Shown here: positions 46,022 through 59,934 of the stretch, one piece after another
How positions within the stretch are numbered: the first letter of the stretch is position 1
How the letters are laid out: each line of letters starts with the position of its first letter
Assembly: GCF_009914755.1 (NCBI RefSeq)
Contig: NC_060935.1
Strand: one strand, 5' to 3'
Source: the human T2T-CHM13v2.0 reference genome, Homo sapiens
DNA: 64,000 nucleotides
The notes under the pieces: generated by a model
What the model saw: only the letters and a program-made list of their open reading frames with translations
Database searches by the model: none
What the model was told of the DNA's origin: nothing
Program-made: the position numbers and the translations under genes

Positions 46022-47222
46022 TGAGCAAGATGGACTACTAAAATGTTCCAGCTCTTAGCTGCCTCACACCGATAGCCAGAACAATGAATTAATAATTACA
46101 TTTTAATGAAAGTAACTGAAGGAGAGGAGTGCTCATTTGTGAGACCCTGAGCCTAGAACCCTGGCTCCACAGCCACTCCAAGCCACTGTACTTCGAGCCC
46201 AGCGCTGCTGCAGCTGCTTATAGGTCATGTCAAATCTGAGGGATTCTGTCAGCTGAGTCCCCTCATTGCGGGAAAAATTAAAAATAAGAGGACCCCAAAA
46301 GCCCTTGACACTAAGGGCATAAACAAATTGTGCCACCACTACTGCTGTGCCACTACAAACTTCTACAGTCTAAGCCACTGAGGCACCCACAGTTATTGCT
46401 GACATTAAACTCAGCTCAGGAAGCTGCACGGAGACTATGCTACACCTATCTGGAAACAGAGTCACCACACTCTTCCCAACTGGCACACTAAAACCCAACT
46501 GCAGGTGATAGTTGTCCTGTATAAAAACCACTCTGGAAAGTTTGGAGATAAGCAGATACACAGGCATCAATATAGAGACACAAGAAACATGAAAAGGCAA
46601 AGACATATGATACCACCAAAGGAACATAACACTGTAGTAACAGACTCCAGTAAAAAGAAAATCAACAAATTGCCAAAGAAAAAAAATCAAAATAATGATG
46701 CTGAGAAGACTCAATAAAATACAAGAATATACAGCATAGACAATTCAATAAAATCAGGAAAACAATTCATGAAACAAATGAGAAATTCAACAGAAGATAA
46801 AAATCATAAAAATCAAATAGAAATCCTGTAGCTGAAGAATTCAATGAATAAGTTTTCAAGTTACAATAGAGAGATTCAATAGCAGACTTGGTCAAGCAGA
46901 AGAATCTGTTGACAGGTTGTTTGAAATAAGTCAAAGAAAAACAAAAGAAGGATTTAAAAAAGTAAAGAAATAATGGTGTTCCTTAATGGGATGCCATTAA
47001 GTAAACAAATATTTGTATTATGAGAATTCTAGAAGGAGAAGAGAAAGAAAAGGACAAAGGAAACCTATTTAATAAAATAACAGCTGAAAACTTTCCAAAT
47101 GTGAAGAGAGATGTAGATATCCATATCCGAAAGCTCAAAATCCCCTATGTAAATTCAACTCAAGAAGGTCCTCCCCGAGGCATTATAATGTCAAACTGTC
47201 AAAAGTCCAAGACAAAAAGTCT
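46022..47222 (+). mobile_element. Old L1M 5' UTR/ORF1 fragment
   Basis: agcaagatgg start; ORF1-like peptides (NLFNKITAENFPN) and A-rich coiled-coil coding sequence. Confidence 0.7.
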
Positions 47223-48779
47223 CTAGGCCTTTAGGCTATTTGGCATGAGGAAACAGTGAAAATAGTGGGAAAATATATCCAATCCTTCAACACTTTTCAG
47301 AAGTAATGTCCTCAGGGAACAGCCGGGTTTCTGTTTCAAAAGGAAGAGAAACAGAACATCAGAAGTGGTTTAAGGCCAAAAATAATATCACTGCTCATAA
47401 AAAATTGATTCTAGAAGTCACAGTGAAATAGTCTTGGGAATAGGAGAGGGGTAGGTACAGTGACCAATTAGGAGATATATGATTATATGATATGACCCTA
47501 ACAGAACTAGAATTTTTATGTTTTAAAAATAATGTAATTCAATGCCAGAACACCTCCTACAATCAAAGCACTATACTAAGTGAACTGAAGGATAAAGTTG
47601 ACTTAAACATCACTCTAATATCAATCCATAAAATAATGGAAGACAGAAAACACAAAACCAACACAAAATAAAATTTGCCTGTTATAATAGTGGCACACAC
47701 TGATGTGAAAATACAAAAGACACAAAGATTATATCAGATTGATTCATATGAAAGGTCATTAAGAAGTATAGGACAATTGAGAAAGTGCTGAAGCAAAGTA
47801 GAAATGAGATGAAGTTATTTCATATGGAGGACTTTTGATTATCAAAGACAAGATGTGTGTTCGGGAGTCATGTAGTATAATGAAAGTATAAAAAGTTGAT
47901 TGGGTATTGAGTGAAGGACTTTGGCAACAATGGTGTTTGCCCCTTATTACATAAAGTCTACAGTATACAATGGAGAATGTAGGGGTCATGGGAAGGAATT
48001 TTAAGCAGAAATTGGATAGAGTCAGACTTGATTTGGGAAGATAAATGTGGATACAGTAAGGAAGATGGACACAATGAGGGAGAAACAGGAACCTCAGGAG
48101 TTACTTTCTCATTAATCAAAAGAGAAGTAATGAACACAAGAACGTGGCAGATCAAACCAGAATCTCTCTTGGACCACAGACGACATTGCTGTTTCTGTGC
48201 TAACAACTCAAAATAGTCTGAACTTAGGAGGCAAAAAATACCAACTAATTGTCTAATGTACTTATTTTTCCCTCAGTCTATTTCTAACTATAGTCAGGAA
48301 AACCAGGCTCTGCAGCATGTCCTGGTAGTACTATCGGGTCTACTATGTCATCATTCAGGAAGGGAGCCTCTCAGGAAACACTACCTCTGCTCTGGCTGGA
48401 AGGGACAATATAATATGTTTTATAAGGAAAACGTAGAATTTTCTTCACTTTCTGCCAAAAGAGCTGAAACACATGAAAGCCTCTCTTCAAAGACTATCTG
48501 TTCACCATTAGTTATAGACTGAGAAGGAGAATCTTGGTGGGTTGGAAGAAAGTTGCTGCTATTATCTGCAGGCATGCACACTGCCAATAAACAGAGTTGT
48601 ACCACAGAGTCTAATTTGTCTATTTGAGATGTCTTCTCCTTCATCTTTTGAAGCCTCAATTGTAACAGTTGTGAAACTACATCAGGATTTACACAAACAT
48701 ATTAAAACAGAAAAGTTGCTGAGAACAGTTTCATGGTCACACTGTGAAGAGTTAATGGTCCAAAATCAATGCTTTCATG

Positions 48780-49190
48780 GCTCCTGAGGGAAGCGGAATT
48801 AACATCATTCCCCAAACAGATTCCTCTCTCTTCAGGATAGCTCCCTTCCCATCCTTTCATAACACATCTGCTCCCCTGAGCTAAGGAGTTACATCTAGCA
48901 TGGTGTTTCTCTGCAGATGCAGTGAAGAGGAATAAAGACTTACTATGACTTAATGACCCTCGAGTCCATGTTTCTGCCCAGAGGATTCCGAAGACTAGGC
49001 TCGGGGATTCTGGGACATGCCTGGTCATAGGGATGCTCTCACTCACTATAAAGTTGCCTCCACTTTACCAAGCAGGCTTGTTGCTCAGAGGCTTCAAGGG
49101 GAACCTAATCACGGTCTTTAAGAACCTGGACTCATGCTCCAATTCTGCTCCAAGTGAGGGCTGGGAGAAGAAATATTACAGAGGTAAGAA
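48780..49190 (+). promoter_or_regulatory. Candidate OR52E4 promoter/first exon
   Basis: O/E-like TCCTGAGGGA (48782-48791), homeodomain TAATGA (48951-48956), donor GAG|GTAAGA (G+1 at 49184) in unique sequence. Confidence 0.35.
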
Positions 49191-52039
49191 CGCTTGTGCA
49201 GGAGAAGTGAAAAGATACACAGGAGAGAAGAAGAGGGCAAATGAGGATAGAGAGGCCAGATTCTTCCACTTTTCTGAGGAATTATCCTAAGCACCATTGC
49301 ACCATTTTCTTCACAGAGGAACACAACAGAGCACATGGGATTGGAACAGACATCCATAGGTGAGGGCAGTGGTGTACCAATTAGTAATGCACAGAATTTC
49401 TGTCTGTGTATCTCTCTCTCTCCCCCCTTTCTCTCTGCCCCTCTCTCTTACACACACATACACTCATACACACACATTCTCACAGAGTACACTGTTCACA
49501 GCCGAAACACCACAAATACAGTCATATAGTAGCATGGCCATACTTGTTGTCAATAAGACAAAAGGATGTTATTGCAGACTTCTTTTGTATGTGTTTATTT
49601 AAGGTGGTGGGTGGGTATCACATGTCAATATTCAAATACAATTACATAGGCATTAACATATTTGGTCTGTAAAGTTTTATTCTCTGTTTCCCTCATTGTC
49701 TGAGTGAATTTAATGTTGCCAGTTGTAACTTGGTTCCCTATATCCCTACTACTTTATGGAACCATCCCCAAGCCATTTTTATTGTAAGCACAATACCCCT
49801 GCTAGATCAGCCGGACTGAACCGCCAATGGCACAGTTATGGAAGAGCCTGAATGAAGGTATTTATCCACTTTATCCATTCATCAACTGCTTTGGTCTCAC
49901 CAAGATTGGGAAAGCTGTAAGAATAAGAGGAGAAAATTGTTTCTTTTCTAAATGAGCAGTATTGGGTCATATTTGTATCCATAAAAATCTAGACATAAAT
50001 ATTAATGTCTGACTCTGTGCCATTTCTTCACTTTGGCCTCTTCTGAGCCATTCCTCCTTTATCTAATCTTAGGCCAAACTGTGACATAATTTGGACTTTT
50101 TACAATGAAATAACTTCTTTCTGCTAACAGGTGAATTATTTTAGCTATCTTGCATTTAAATAAACAAAATATTTGGGAGCATTAATAAAATAAGTAAGTA
50201 TAATTTGTTGAGGATACACTATGCACTAGCACCTATACAAACATTGGTCTTATTTATCATTAAAATAAACCACATTAGTTATAATTTATCATCTCATTTT
50301 TACAGGAGAAAAAAAAACTGATCTATCTGGTTAAAGAATCTGTCCAAGGGTCTCAAGCAAGTAAATGGTTTAGCAGGTTTTCCAGCCATGTCTGAAAAGT
50401 TTTAAGGTCCACAGAAGACTTCTGTAATATTCTACTACAGTCAGCAAAAAAATAAAAATCCAACAAAGTAAAAAAAATCACAAGTTCAAAATGTGAACTT
50501 TGGTGAGCACAATAAGAGAAAAATTGCTAATTGTTATGAATTTGTCTTTTCAGATGGACTCCAGTAGGGATCTTTGTCAATGTGCATATCTAGAGAAGAA
50601 TAAACTTAATAATTTGCCCTCAAAAAATGATCTTGAGGTTATTGGCCATACACTGTCTGCTACTGTGGCATATAGTTATAACAGAAAGAAGGCAAGAATT
50701 CAGGTAAAACTGTGAGAGGGTGGATGTGCTGGCAGCTTTGAATTTTACTGTCAGAGAAGCGTCCTCTTTGCCATCTCCCTGGGAATGTTTTTCTCAGCTG
50801 GCAAAGTATCATGTTGAGACACAGCCACCCTTAAGATTGGGCTGACTCTGGACTGTAAATCTCACAACACATCATCCTAGCTATTTCCTCAGACTCTCCC
50901 AGGTGAAATCACAAAAACCACTGCCCTCTGATTTTTCAGCCTGGCATCTTTTCCTCAATACTGGCAAACATTATGTTCTTTTTTCAATTTTCTCTCAGCT
51001 TCTCGGGGACCAAGAAATGCTCTTGTTCTTCTCATATAGAATGGGGAATTATTAACTCCTTTGCCTGTGTACTTCTGCTGTAAAATAGCTACCTGGCAAA
51101 GTTACAGGACAACTGATGTATGCAGCCACGTACATAATAAAACATGATTTCTCTCTCTACTCCTATCTCTCCAACCTTCTCTGTCTCTCTCTCTCTCTCT
51201 CTCTCACTCTCTCTCTGTCTCTGTCACACACACTCACACACAAACAAAAGCACACTTATTACAAACCCCAACTCTGATTCAATTAAATGCTGAACAACTG
51301 GGAACCAACATGCATGTGGCAGTTTTGAGAGTATTACAATGATTACCCCTGGTTCTCAACTCTTAGTTGCAGCTATTCTCTTTGTAGAAATAAGGCCAGT
51401 ACATGCATACATATTATACAATCCAGGTTACATTAGTTGCTACAGAGTTGTACAGTGTCTTTAGGGACGCAAAGTTAAAATAAGGTAATTTTCCTTGTTA
51501 TTGTCAAGGAAGCAATGAAGAGTCCTTAAAACATTTTAATTTCAATATTAAAATTTGCTAAATATTTGATCTGTTTACACCTGAAGGTAGGCACAATTTT
51601 GGGACATGGGAATTTTTTTTATGTTACTAACTGATGTTATAGATTGTAAGGAAGATAAACATAATTTGGCAGATACACACAAGGCATTTTATTGGAAGGA
51701 TATCGGGGAATCAGAATGACAGGATCTTGGAGAAACTGGATTGTTCATGAAGACTTAGAAGCATCAAAATTAGTAATTTATCCATAATAGAAATGCACTT
51801 ATCAGTTTAGCTGAGTTAGAACCAGGAAAGTTCTAACAGAGACTGATTAACTACACTTATGTGATGTCACTGTATAAGATCCTTACGTTTATATTATAAT
51901 AAAACATAGAAAGTGGTAGACAGTAGTACTTCTCCTTTGTACTAGGAATCTTTGTCTCATCTAGAAACTATTGAGATACTCAGAATTTTAGTTTCTCTGA
52001 ATTACATCCATAATATTTATATTATTAGACATTAGAGCA

Positions 52040-52410
52040 AAATTTAAATATTTAATATTAAAATAATATTAACAAACTATTATATAAAACATAATTTGAT
52101 ACTTTTTGTTAAAATCACTGTTTTTCAAGAAATTAGTTGTAAAAATGGTATCATTTTCCTTTGCAAATATTTTTATTGTCTAAGTTAAGATAATAGAGCT
52201 GAAATCTCACAACATCATTTACAATTTCATTTAATCTGTTATGGTAGCACCTCATATAACCTCTGGAAAATTTCACTATGTACTTATGAGAGAATGAGAG
52301 TGAGAATGGCTAAAAATTTTCTATTATAAAAATAGTTTTGAGCTTGTGAACTTCTGGAAAGGTACTTAGAAAACCCCAGAGATCTCAAGACCACACTTCA
52401 AAGAACACAT
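52040..52410. mobile_element. hAT-Charlie-type DNA transposon fossil
   Basis: End motif ...gaccacacttcaaagaacac and internal Charlie4-like sequence. Confidence 0.5.
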
Positions 52411-52688
52411 GGAATGGTGATTTCCCAAAAAGTAAAGAAGGGCTACTTAGGAAAGTAATGGAAGGGAATGCCGTAATATAAATATGCATTGCATTATGAA
52501 ATTTTTCCCATTCTTTCAAATATCTCAAAGATTACAAAACATAAAGCCATAAGCAATATTGCCTATGATGGATCTCAGAACAATAATCTGTGTTGAGAGG
52601 CTTCCTCGATTATCCTCTGGAAAGAAGTGAGTCTTGAATGTTTGTAAATTAACCACCTATACCATTACTTCTAGCACACTGATAAGAG

Positions 52689-52705
52689 TCTTTCTGTTTC
52701 TTCAG
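52689..52705 (+). promoter_or_regulatory. Splice acceptor of the OR52E4 coding exon
   Basis: tctttctgtttcttcAG|gaa, 74 nt upstream of the ATG. Confidence 0.7.
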
Positions 52706-52779
52706 GAACTTGACAAGAGAGGACCTTAAAGAAAGTGAGATCCTTCATACTTAGGAATTCAGTGACACTTGCTGGGAGA

Positions 52780-53718
52780 ATGCCTTCTATCAATGACACC
52801 CACTTCTATCCCCCCTTCTTCCTCCTGCTAGGAATACCAGGACTGGACACTTTACATATCTGGATTTCTTTCCCATTCTGTATTGTGTACCTGATTGCCA
52901 TTGTGGGGAATATGACCATTCTCTTTGTGATCAAAACTGAACATAGTCTACACCAGCCCATGTTCTACTTCCTGGCCATGTTGTCTATGATTGATCTGGG
53001 TCTGTCCACATCCACTATCCCCAAAATGCTAGGAATCTTCTGGTTCAACCTCCAAGAGATCAGCTTTGGGGGATGCCTTCTTCAGATGTTCTTTATTCAC
53101 ATGTTTACAGGCATGGAGACTGTTCTGTTGGTGGTCATGGCTTATGACCGCTTTGTTGCCATCTGCAACCCTCTCCAGTACACCATGATCCTCACCAATA
53201 AAACCATCAGTATCCTAGCTTCTGTGGTTGTTGGAAGAAATTTAGTTCTTGTAACCCCATTTGTGTTTCTCATTCTGCGTCTGCCATTCTGTGGGCATAA
53301 CATCATACCTCACACATACTGTGAGCACATGGGTCTGGCCGGGTTGGCCTGTGCACCCATTAAGATCAACATAATCTATGGGCTCATGGTGATTTCTTAC
53401 ATTATTGTGGATGTGATCTTAATTGCCTCTTCCTATGTGCTTATCCTTCGAGCTGTTTTGCGCCTTCCCTCTCAAGATGTCCGACTAAAGGCCTTCAATA
53501 CCTGTGGTTCTCATGTCTGTGTTATGCTGTGCTTTTACACACCAGCACTTTTTTCTTTTATGACACATCGTTTTGGCCAAAACATTCCCCACTATATCCA
53601 TATTCTTTTGGCTAACCTGTATGTGGTTGTCCCACCTGCCCTTAACCCTGTCATTTATGGAGTCAGGACCAAGCAGATCCGAGAGCAAATTGTGAAAATA
53701 TTTGTACAGAAAGAATAA
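52780..53718 (+). CDS. OR52E4: Olfactory receptor 52E4 (312 aa)
   Basis: ATG 52780 (MPSINDTHF) to TAA; intact motifs [51 protein letters not shown]; sequence recognised. The ORF track starts at an upstream GTG. Confidence 0.92.
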
Positions 53719-54276
53719 TTCTGTATTAAAGTTTGGATAAATATATCTATATACAACCCAAATTATCATCATCTGAGCTCCCTTTTTAATCTTCTGTAAC
53801 AGTTGGTCATGCTTGTCAGATTTTTTCATTTTGACTGGAAGTGCTTTAGTGTTGACAGATAATGCAAACTTAAAACCTTTGCTGCCTGTTTCCCCTACTT
53901 CTCTCCAAGTACCTGGACAAAGGTTAGAGATTAATGGAGAAGGTAACTATGCTGAAGGTTGAGGTGGCTTTGGAGTAGAACTGCTTGTAAACAAGGGTGA
54001 TAGGTAGCTCCATTTTTTTCCATATGTCTTCTCTCTAGGTAAGTTTAGATCCTGAAGGATACTGATCAAATAAATCTCATTTTATAGATGAGCAAAATAA
54101 GCTGTAATCCAGCAGTAGTGTCTGTTTCATAGCTTTGTATTCTTTACAGAATCCAAAATTTTGTTGTTCTTCTCCAAAATCTTTGACTCCCATGTTTATT
54201 TTAATGCTCTCTCAGTCTTGCTGTTACTGCCATTTTTGCTCCTTTTCTTCTTTCAGATTCCTGCTCTCTCTCTTTT

Positions 54277-54684
54277 TGTGATGGTTAATACTGAGTGTCA
54301 ACTTTATTTGATTGAAGGATACAAAGTATTGATCCTGGTTTTGTCTGTGAGGGTGTTGCCAAAAGAGATTAACATTTGAGTCAGTGGGCTGGGAAAGGCA
54401 GACCCACCTTCAATCTGGGTGGGCACCATCTAATCAGCTGCCAACGCAGCTAGAATATAAAGCAGGCAGAAAAATGTGAAAAGACTAGATGGGCCTAGCC
54501 TCCCAGGCTACATCCTTCTCCTGTGCTGGATGCTTCCTCCTCGAACGTCGGACTCCAAGTTCCTCAGTTTTGGGACTCAGAGTGGCTCTCCTTGATCTTC
54601 AGCTTGCAGATGGCCTATTGTGGGACCTTGTGATCATGTGAGTTAATACTTAATAAATTCCCCTTTGTGTGTGTGTGTATGTGT

Positions 54685-54720
<36 letters not shown>

Positions 54721-54760
54721 CCTATTAGTTCAGTCCCTCTAGAGAACACTGACTAATACA
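54277..54760 (+). mobile_element. MLT2A (ERVL) solo LTR
   Basis: TGTGATGGTTAATACTGAGTGTCAAC...GACTAATACA with 5-bp TSD ctttt (54272-54276 / 54761-54765); internal AATAAA and TG/CA/TA microsatellite. Confidence 0.9.
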
Positions 54761-56334
54761 CTTTTCTTTTACATTCGTTCTCTGATAAAGTAAGTCTTTG
54801 TGAATTTAGGGATATGAGAGACTACAGTGTGGGTATTACGGAGACATGTTTTCTCACTTGAAGCAAAGTCATTTTAGATGTGACTACTTGTATGTGTCGC
54901 CTGTCTAATTCTAATTCTCAATTCTATCTGACAATTTCCCTTCAGACAAAATATATAAAACTTATGAGACTTTATAAAACTTAGAAAAACAATTAGGCTC
55001 AAGCTATGGTAAGCACAGGGCCAGACTTGATATCGACTTCAAAATAATATCATTATAATTTATTAATCCTGTAGATCTCCAATATTTAGTCCTATTTTCA
55101 AACTTCAGATATGGCTGGAGAATGTGGTTTGCTTTAAAATAGATAAAAGAGACATTGAACTGAAATTTGTGACTTATCAGGGTACTCATGCTTCAAAATC
55201 AGAAGAAATCTCCCTCATGTTCTATAATTTAGAACCACTGTGTAGTTTGTATGACAATATACAAAATACTCAAAAGTACGCAGATAACGATTTTAGGAAA
55301 TGGGGGCGGATATAGCCAAGTAGACAAGAAAAGCAACATCACCTATTCAGTATCTGTGAATCTGGACAGTTCTTGGTCTTAACACTGGCTAAGCACAATT
55401 CCTGAATTCTATAGTATTTTGTAGATTTTCTGTAGGTCTGTATGGATGGGTTCTAATTTGATTTTTGCAGCTTCTGCTTCATGTACTTAACATTTTATGG
55501 GAACATAGAGTTTTAAATGTGGAAATACATTGAAACTTGATCTATTCCCTTTGTCTTACAAATAAAAAAAACTGAGGTCTAAAGAAAGCAGGTATTTGTG
55601 TGCATAAAATATACCCATCTTTAGCATCATTCTCATGTAACAAGTGAAGGAAGATCACTCAGATAAATCCTTTTGACTACAAATTCTTAACTCTTGCAGG
55701 AGATTTAAGTAGGAAATATTTTATTTATACGTGAGAGGCTTCATCATGGGTCCCAAGTGGAGATCAAGTAAAGGGAGAGGTAGAACGAGTAGCCTGGGTT
55801 TGGTGTTGGTAATGAGAAGAGGGAGACCACAGAAACTGAGTACAGGTGCAAGTAGTATAGTGATAAAGAGAAGCTGAAATCAGCACAGTCTTCATCACTG
55901 TGGTCCACAGTACTGAGTGGTAAGCACAGACGAGCATCCAGGCCCTCAATAGCTGTACCATATATAAACATGCTAAATAAAGACAAAGTTTTTTTCTTTT
56001 CTCAGTGATATGAAAGCATCTGTGACATGTATAATGCAACTTTCTGGTTAAATATATTGATGGGAGTCGGAAAATTTTAATATAAGCGTAATAGTGTCCA
56101 CAGTGTAGATGGGAGTGCACCATAATGCTGGCCCTGAAATGGTTCATAATCAAACTGGACCACCACACTTAAACATGGCTGAGCAGAGTCATTGTACTGG
56201 GATCCCTTCTCTGGACAGTAGTTTTCTTTCACGAAATCAAACAAGATGGGACCAGAAGGGTGCTGACAAGCTGAAGAAAAAAGACACAAAAGATAAATAT
56301 AATTGAGAAAATGGTGACAAAAGGAATGCCAACC

Positions 56335-56898
56335 TGAAATAATAGTATGAGAATCCAGTGTAAGTGTTTATTCAAATGCAAAGCTAAGGATGGCCATCTG
56401 GGAAACACAGAATCCAAAGAAATGAGGTCAATGCTCCAAAGTTGAAAAGTTAAGGTTTTACTTATGTAGGCAGAAAGCAAAGAAATGTAGCAGAATTAAA
56501 GATTTCCCCATACAAACTTGATTTATGAGTTACAGCACATTGATTAGTTATAGCTTGTTTTCTTTTTCCAATTTAAATGAGTATTTTTAACATTTTAACT
56601 TTGACAATGTAATAGTCATGAGGTCTTTGTGTAAAACAAGGAAGAAGGAAGTTAATCAATAACGAAGATCAAAAATAAAGAGGGAAAGGGTCTTCTCTGG
56701 CACTCGTTAGTCTTTTACAACATTCTAAAAAACAATGTAGGTAATGGAAAAAGGCTAATTTATAATCAGGCAAACAAATACTACAACTTCCTAGGTTACA
56801 GCTATCTGTTAGTGACTCAAGTCCTATAATCACATTCTTTTAAGGCTCAAAATAATTTAAAGTTTCAACAGCTTTGGTCTTGAATTACTTATTTTCAT
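56335..56898 (-). mobile_element. ERV1-type solo LTR (MER67-like)
   Basis: Minus-strand start TGAAAATAAGTAATTCAAGACCAAAGCTGTTGAAACTTTAAATTATTTTGAGCC, with AATAAA near the far end. Confidence 0.55.
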
Positions 56899-57806
56899 TA
56901 AAAAAAGACATCAATGCCAGAGTTAATTATATTCTACTGGTATTGAATATTCGAAGACTATGCCATTTTCCATAAACCTTGCTCACCCCGTCAAGCAATC
57001 CTTCTCCTTAGGAACCCTTTATGCATCACACGGTATTCTACAGAATATGGAAACCAGCCTAGCTCATAGACTCTTATGGGATAGTAAGTGTGAGAATATT
57101 AATGCTGTTTATCTCTAACTTTATGTTACCCACCAGCACTTTGGGAACAGACATAATTCAGTGTAACTGAAAATAAACTTCCATGAAGTTCAATTCAGAT
57201 ACAGTATCTTCTTGAATATGTTCCAACATTGCTCCATTCAATTGGTTTATTGATCCATAACTCCTATATCAGTCAGAGCCTTGCTATATTATCCTGGTTT
57301 CCCAAAAAAACCTTTTTAAAATTCCAGATGCCTGCAGACTTTTCCATTTTTCTGGTGCCAAATTTGAAGAAAATTCTCAACAGTTTTCCAAAGTGATTTC
57401 ACCATTTTACACTTCTACCAACAAAATATGAAAATCCCAATTGCTCGACATTCCCACCAACATTTGGTGTTGTCAGTCATTTGAATTTAGCTACTCTAGA
57501 GTAGTGAGTAAAAACCATTATCCCATTGCAGTTTTAATTTTTATTTCTCTAATAACTAATAATGATGTCAAGTATATTTTTAGCTCTTATGGGCCATTTT
57601 AAAATATTCGCTTGTGAAGTATCTATTATTCTTTTCCAACAACTACAAAATTAGCTACTTTGAGATATATTTGAATGTAGTTCAAAAGTCTTAAGAAATT
57701 AGAATCCAAAGATAAAACTACCTATTTCAAAAATAAACAATAAGAGCAGTAAATTTTACCTATACTTATACATGTTTCTATATACACATGGATATTTATA
57801 AATATA

Positions 57807-58487
57807 CAGATGATCCTTGATTTACAATGTTTTAATTGGACAATTTTTTGACTTTAGAATAGTTTGAGTATATGCATTCAGTACTTTCCTTGACTTACAA
57901 TGGAATAAAGCCAAGATCAACCCCTGGTAAGGTGATAGTGTCTGTAATACCATTGTTATTACTAACAATGTCATGTCTCTTGAAGACAATCTAGATCTTC
58001 TTACCTCTTGCATTTCCAAATTCCATTTATTTCATGCTAATTGCATCATTACTTTGGATGCTGCATTATCCATTGTCCTGCTCAAGGATAATGCCTTCAA
58101 AATATTGAACAATATTTTCAATGGATTTGTTTCTTTTTTAATTTTTACGGATACACAGTAAGTGCATATATTTATGGAGTACATGAGACGTTTTGATACA
58201 AGCATGAAATGTGTAATAACCACATCATAATCCAGCAATCCCACTGCTGGGTATACAAACAAAAGGAAGAAAATCAATATATAGAAGAGATATCAGCACT
58301 CCAGTGTTTGTTGCAGCACTGTTTACAATAGCTAAGATTTGGAAGCAACCTAAATCTCCATCAACAGATGAATGGATAAAGAAAATGTGGTACATACATA
58401 CAATGGAGTACTATTCAGCCATAAAATATTTTCAAATTATCATGGGTTTATTGCAGCATAACCCCATTGTAAGTTAAGGAGCATCTA
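57807..58487. mobile_element. MER47/Tigger-type DNA transposon interrupted by a short 5'-inverted L1MA (58122-58424)
   Basis: TIR-like ends cagatgatccttgatttacaatg / cattgtaagttaaggagcatcta flanked by TA; L1 TSD aatattttcaa at 58111-58121 / 58425-58435. Confidence 0.65.
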
Positions 58488-59934
58488 TATATAATATCAT
58501 ATATTATGTATTGTATATTATTACATGTGATAAAAGTAAGTTTAAATAGAAGAATCTACAGGAAAATCTAAGGCTGCTTATTGGCAATATTAGTCAAGGT
58601 TCTAGAAAGCATAGTTAGCAAACTCAAGCTGACCCCTTAAACTAAGACAAATATATAGGCACAGTTTAGAAATTCCACAAGAGACTATAAGGATAGTAAG
58701 TGTGGGAATGTTTACTCTGGGGTCCAAAGAGGAGAAGGAGTTCCTGGCATCTGGAGGCCCAGAGAGCATTGCAGATAGAAGTTGCAATTTATTTGGAGGT
58801 ACTCACAGAGCCCGTGGTGACCTGCAGGTCACCTGCAATGAAGGAGCAGGTGGGAACCAGAATAAATATCTCGACCTCACTCACTTCCCCCTCACCTGCT
58901 GGTGCTTCCCATTTTCTGAACCCAAGCAGATTCTATGGGACAAAAGAGGCTATTGATACAGTACATAGTCATGAATCTCTTAGGACACGGAGTATAGAAT
59001 GGACCTAGAGAGGCCGAAAGGAGATCTCCAGCACATTGGCCCACATAAACAAAGGGCTGGAGGAAAATTCTGAACAAACATGAGGTGGCCAATATTTTTA
59101 TATATTCTCCTTTCAGTTACTATTGTGTGCTATTTATTTCAGTATTTATTTATTTGTAGCATTAGATACTCTCCTTTTTGTTCTCAGAATCCTCTTAGAA
59201 TCATTTTGAATTTTTTTGTATTCTTTTAGACAGCCCAAGAATTATAATGCTGATAAAAAATCATTTGGACTAATATACTGTGAAATATAATCTAGTATGT
59301 TTGCACTGAGAATTGAAATGAGAATAAAAAAGTAATGGAATAATCACCAGGCACATTCTTAGTTTTCTCATAATTTTAGAGTATTCTCTCTGTAAGGCCA
59401 AAAGTAAAATGAAAGAACATTTTATATGCTAGGGGTATTCTTCTATGTGGTTTATAAGATTCATGGGTATTAAGGAAAACTTTGGGCTTTCCAAAGCTTT
59501 AATTAATATTGTAATTCAAAAAGATCAATATGATAATGCATAGTAAGATATATCCAATTTTATAGGAAACATTAGAAATAATCAAGAAAAGTCACTAACT
59601 TTTCATCCTTTACATTCTTTTATTGTAAAAGAAATCAAAGCTCCCTGAAGAAATGATTTTGAACTCAGAGGTATACAAATAGAGATATAACAAAAATATC
59701 TTGAAAACTTACAGTTAGCACAATAGCTCATGTTCAAGAAATGTAGCTGATCTGACTTTCACGTATACATAATGCTCAAATGGCACTTGCTGATTTAGCC
59801 TGTATTTAATGAGCATCTAATTATTATGTTGTCTAATTCATATCAGGAGCTCAATAAAAGAAGGTTGAATCAAGGAACATTGGCTTGTAGGATGAGCATG
59901 ACTGACATCTAGTGGTAAAAATAAATACTTTTTT

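Noticed and set aside
48256-49672. Many overlapping short ORFs on both strands
   Set aside because: Expected from locally higher GC content; no homology recognised; better explained as promoter-type sequence.
52735-52779. 15-aa N-terminal extension of OR52E4 (and the 4-aa one of OR52E6) in the ORF track
   Set aside because: They start at GTG codons; the eukaryotic start is the ATG aligned with the paralogues.
54295-54320. DUX4-responsive MLT2A promoter
   Set aside because: The TGATTnnATT-like site is degenerate here (ttatttgattg); no support from the sequence.
55744-56480. Cluster of 65-134-aa ORFs in unique sequence
   Set aside because: No OR or other protein motifs, and no processed-pseudogene hallmarks (poly-A, TSD).
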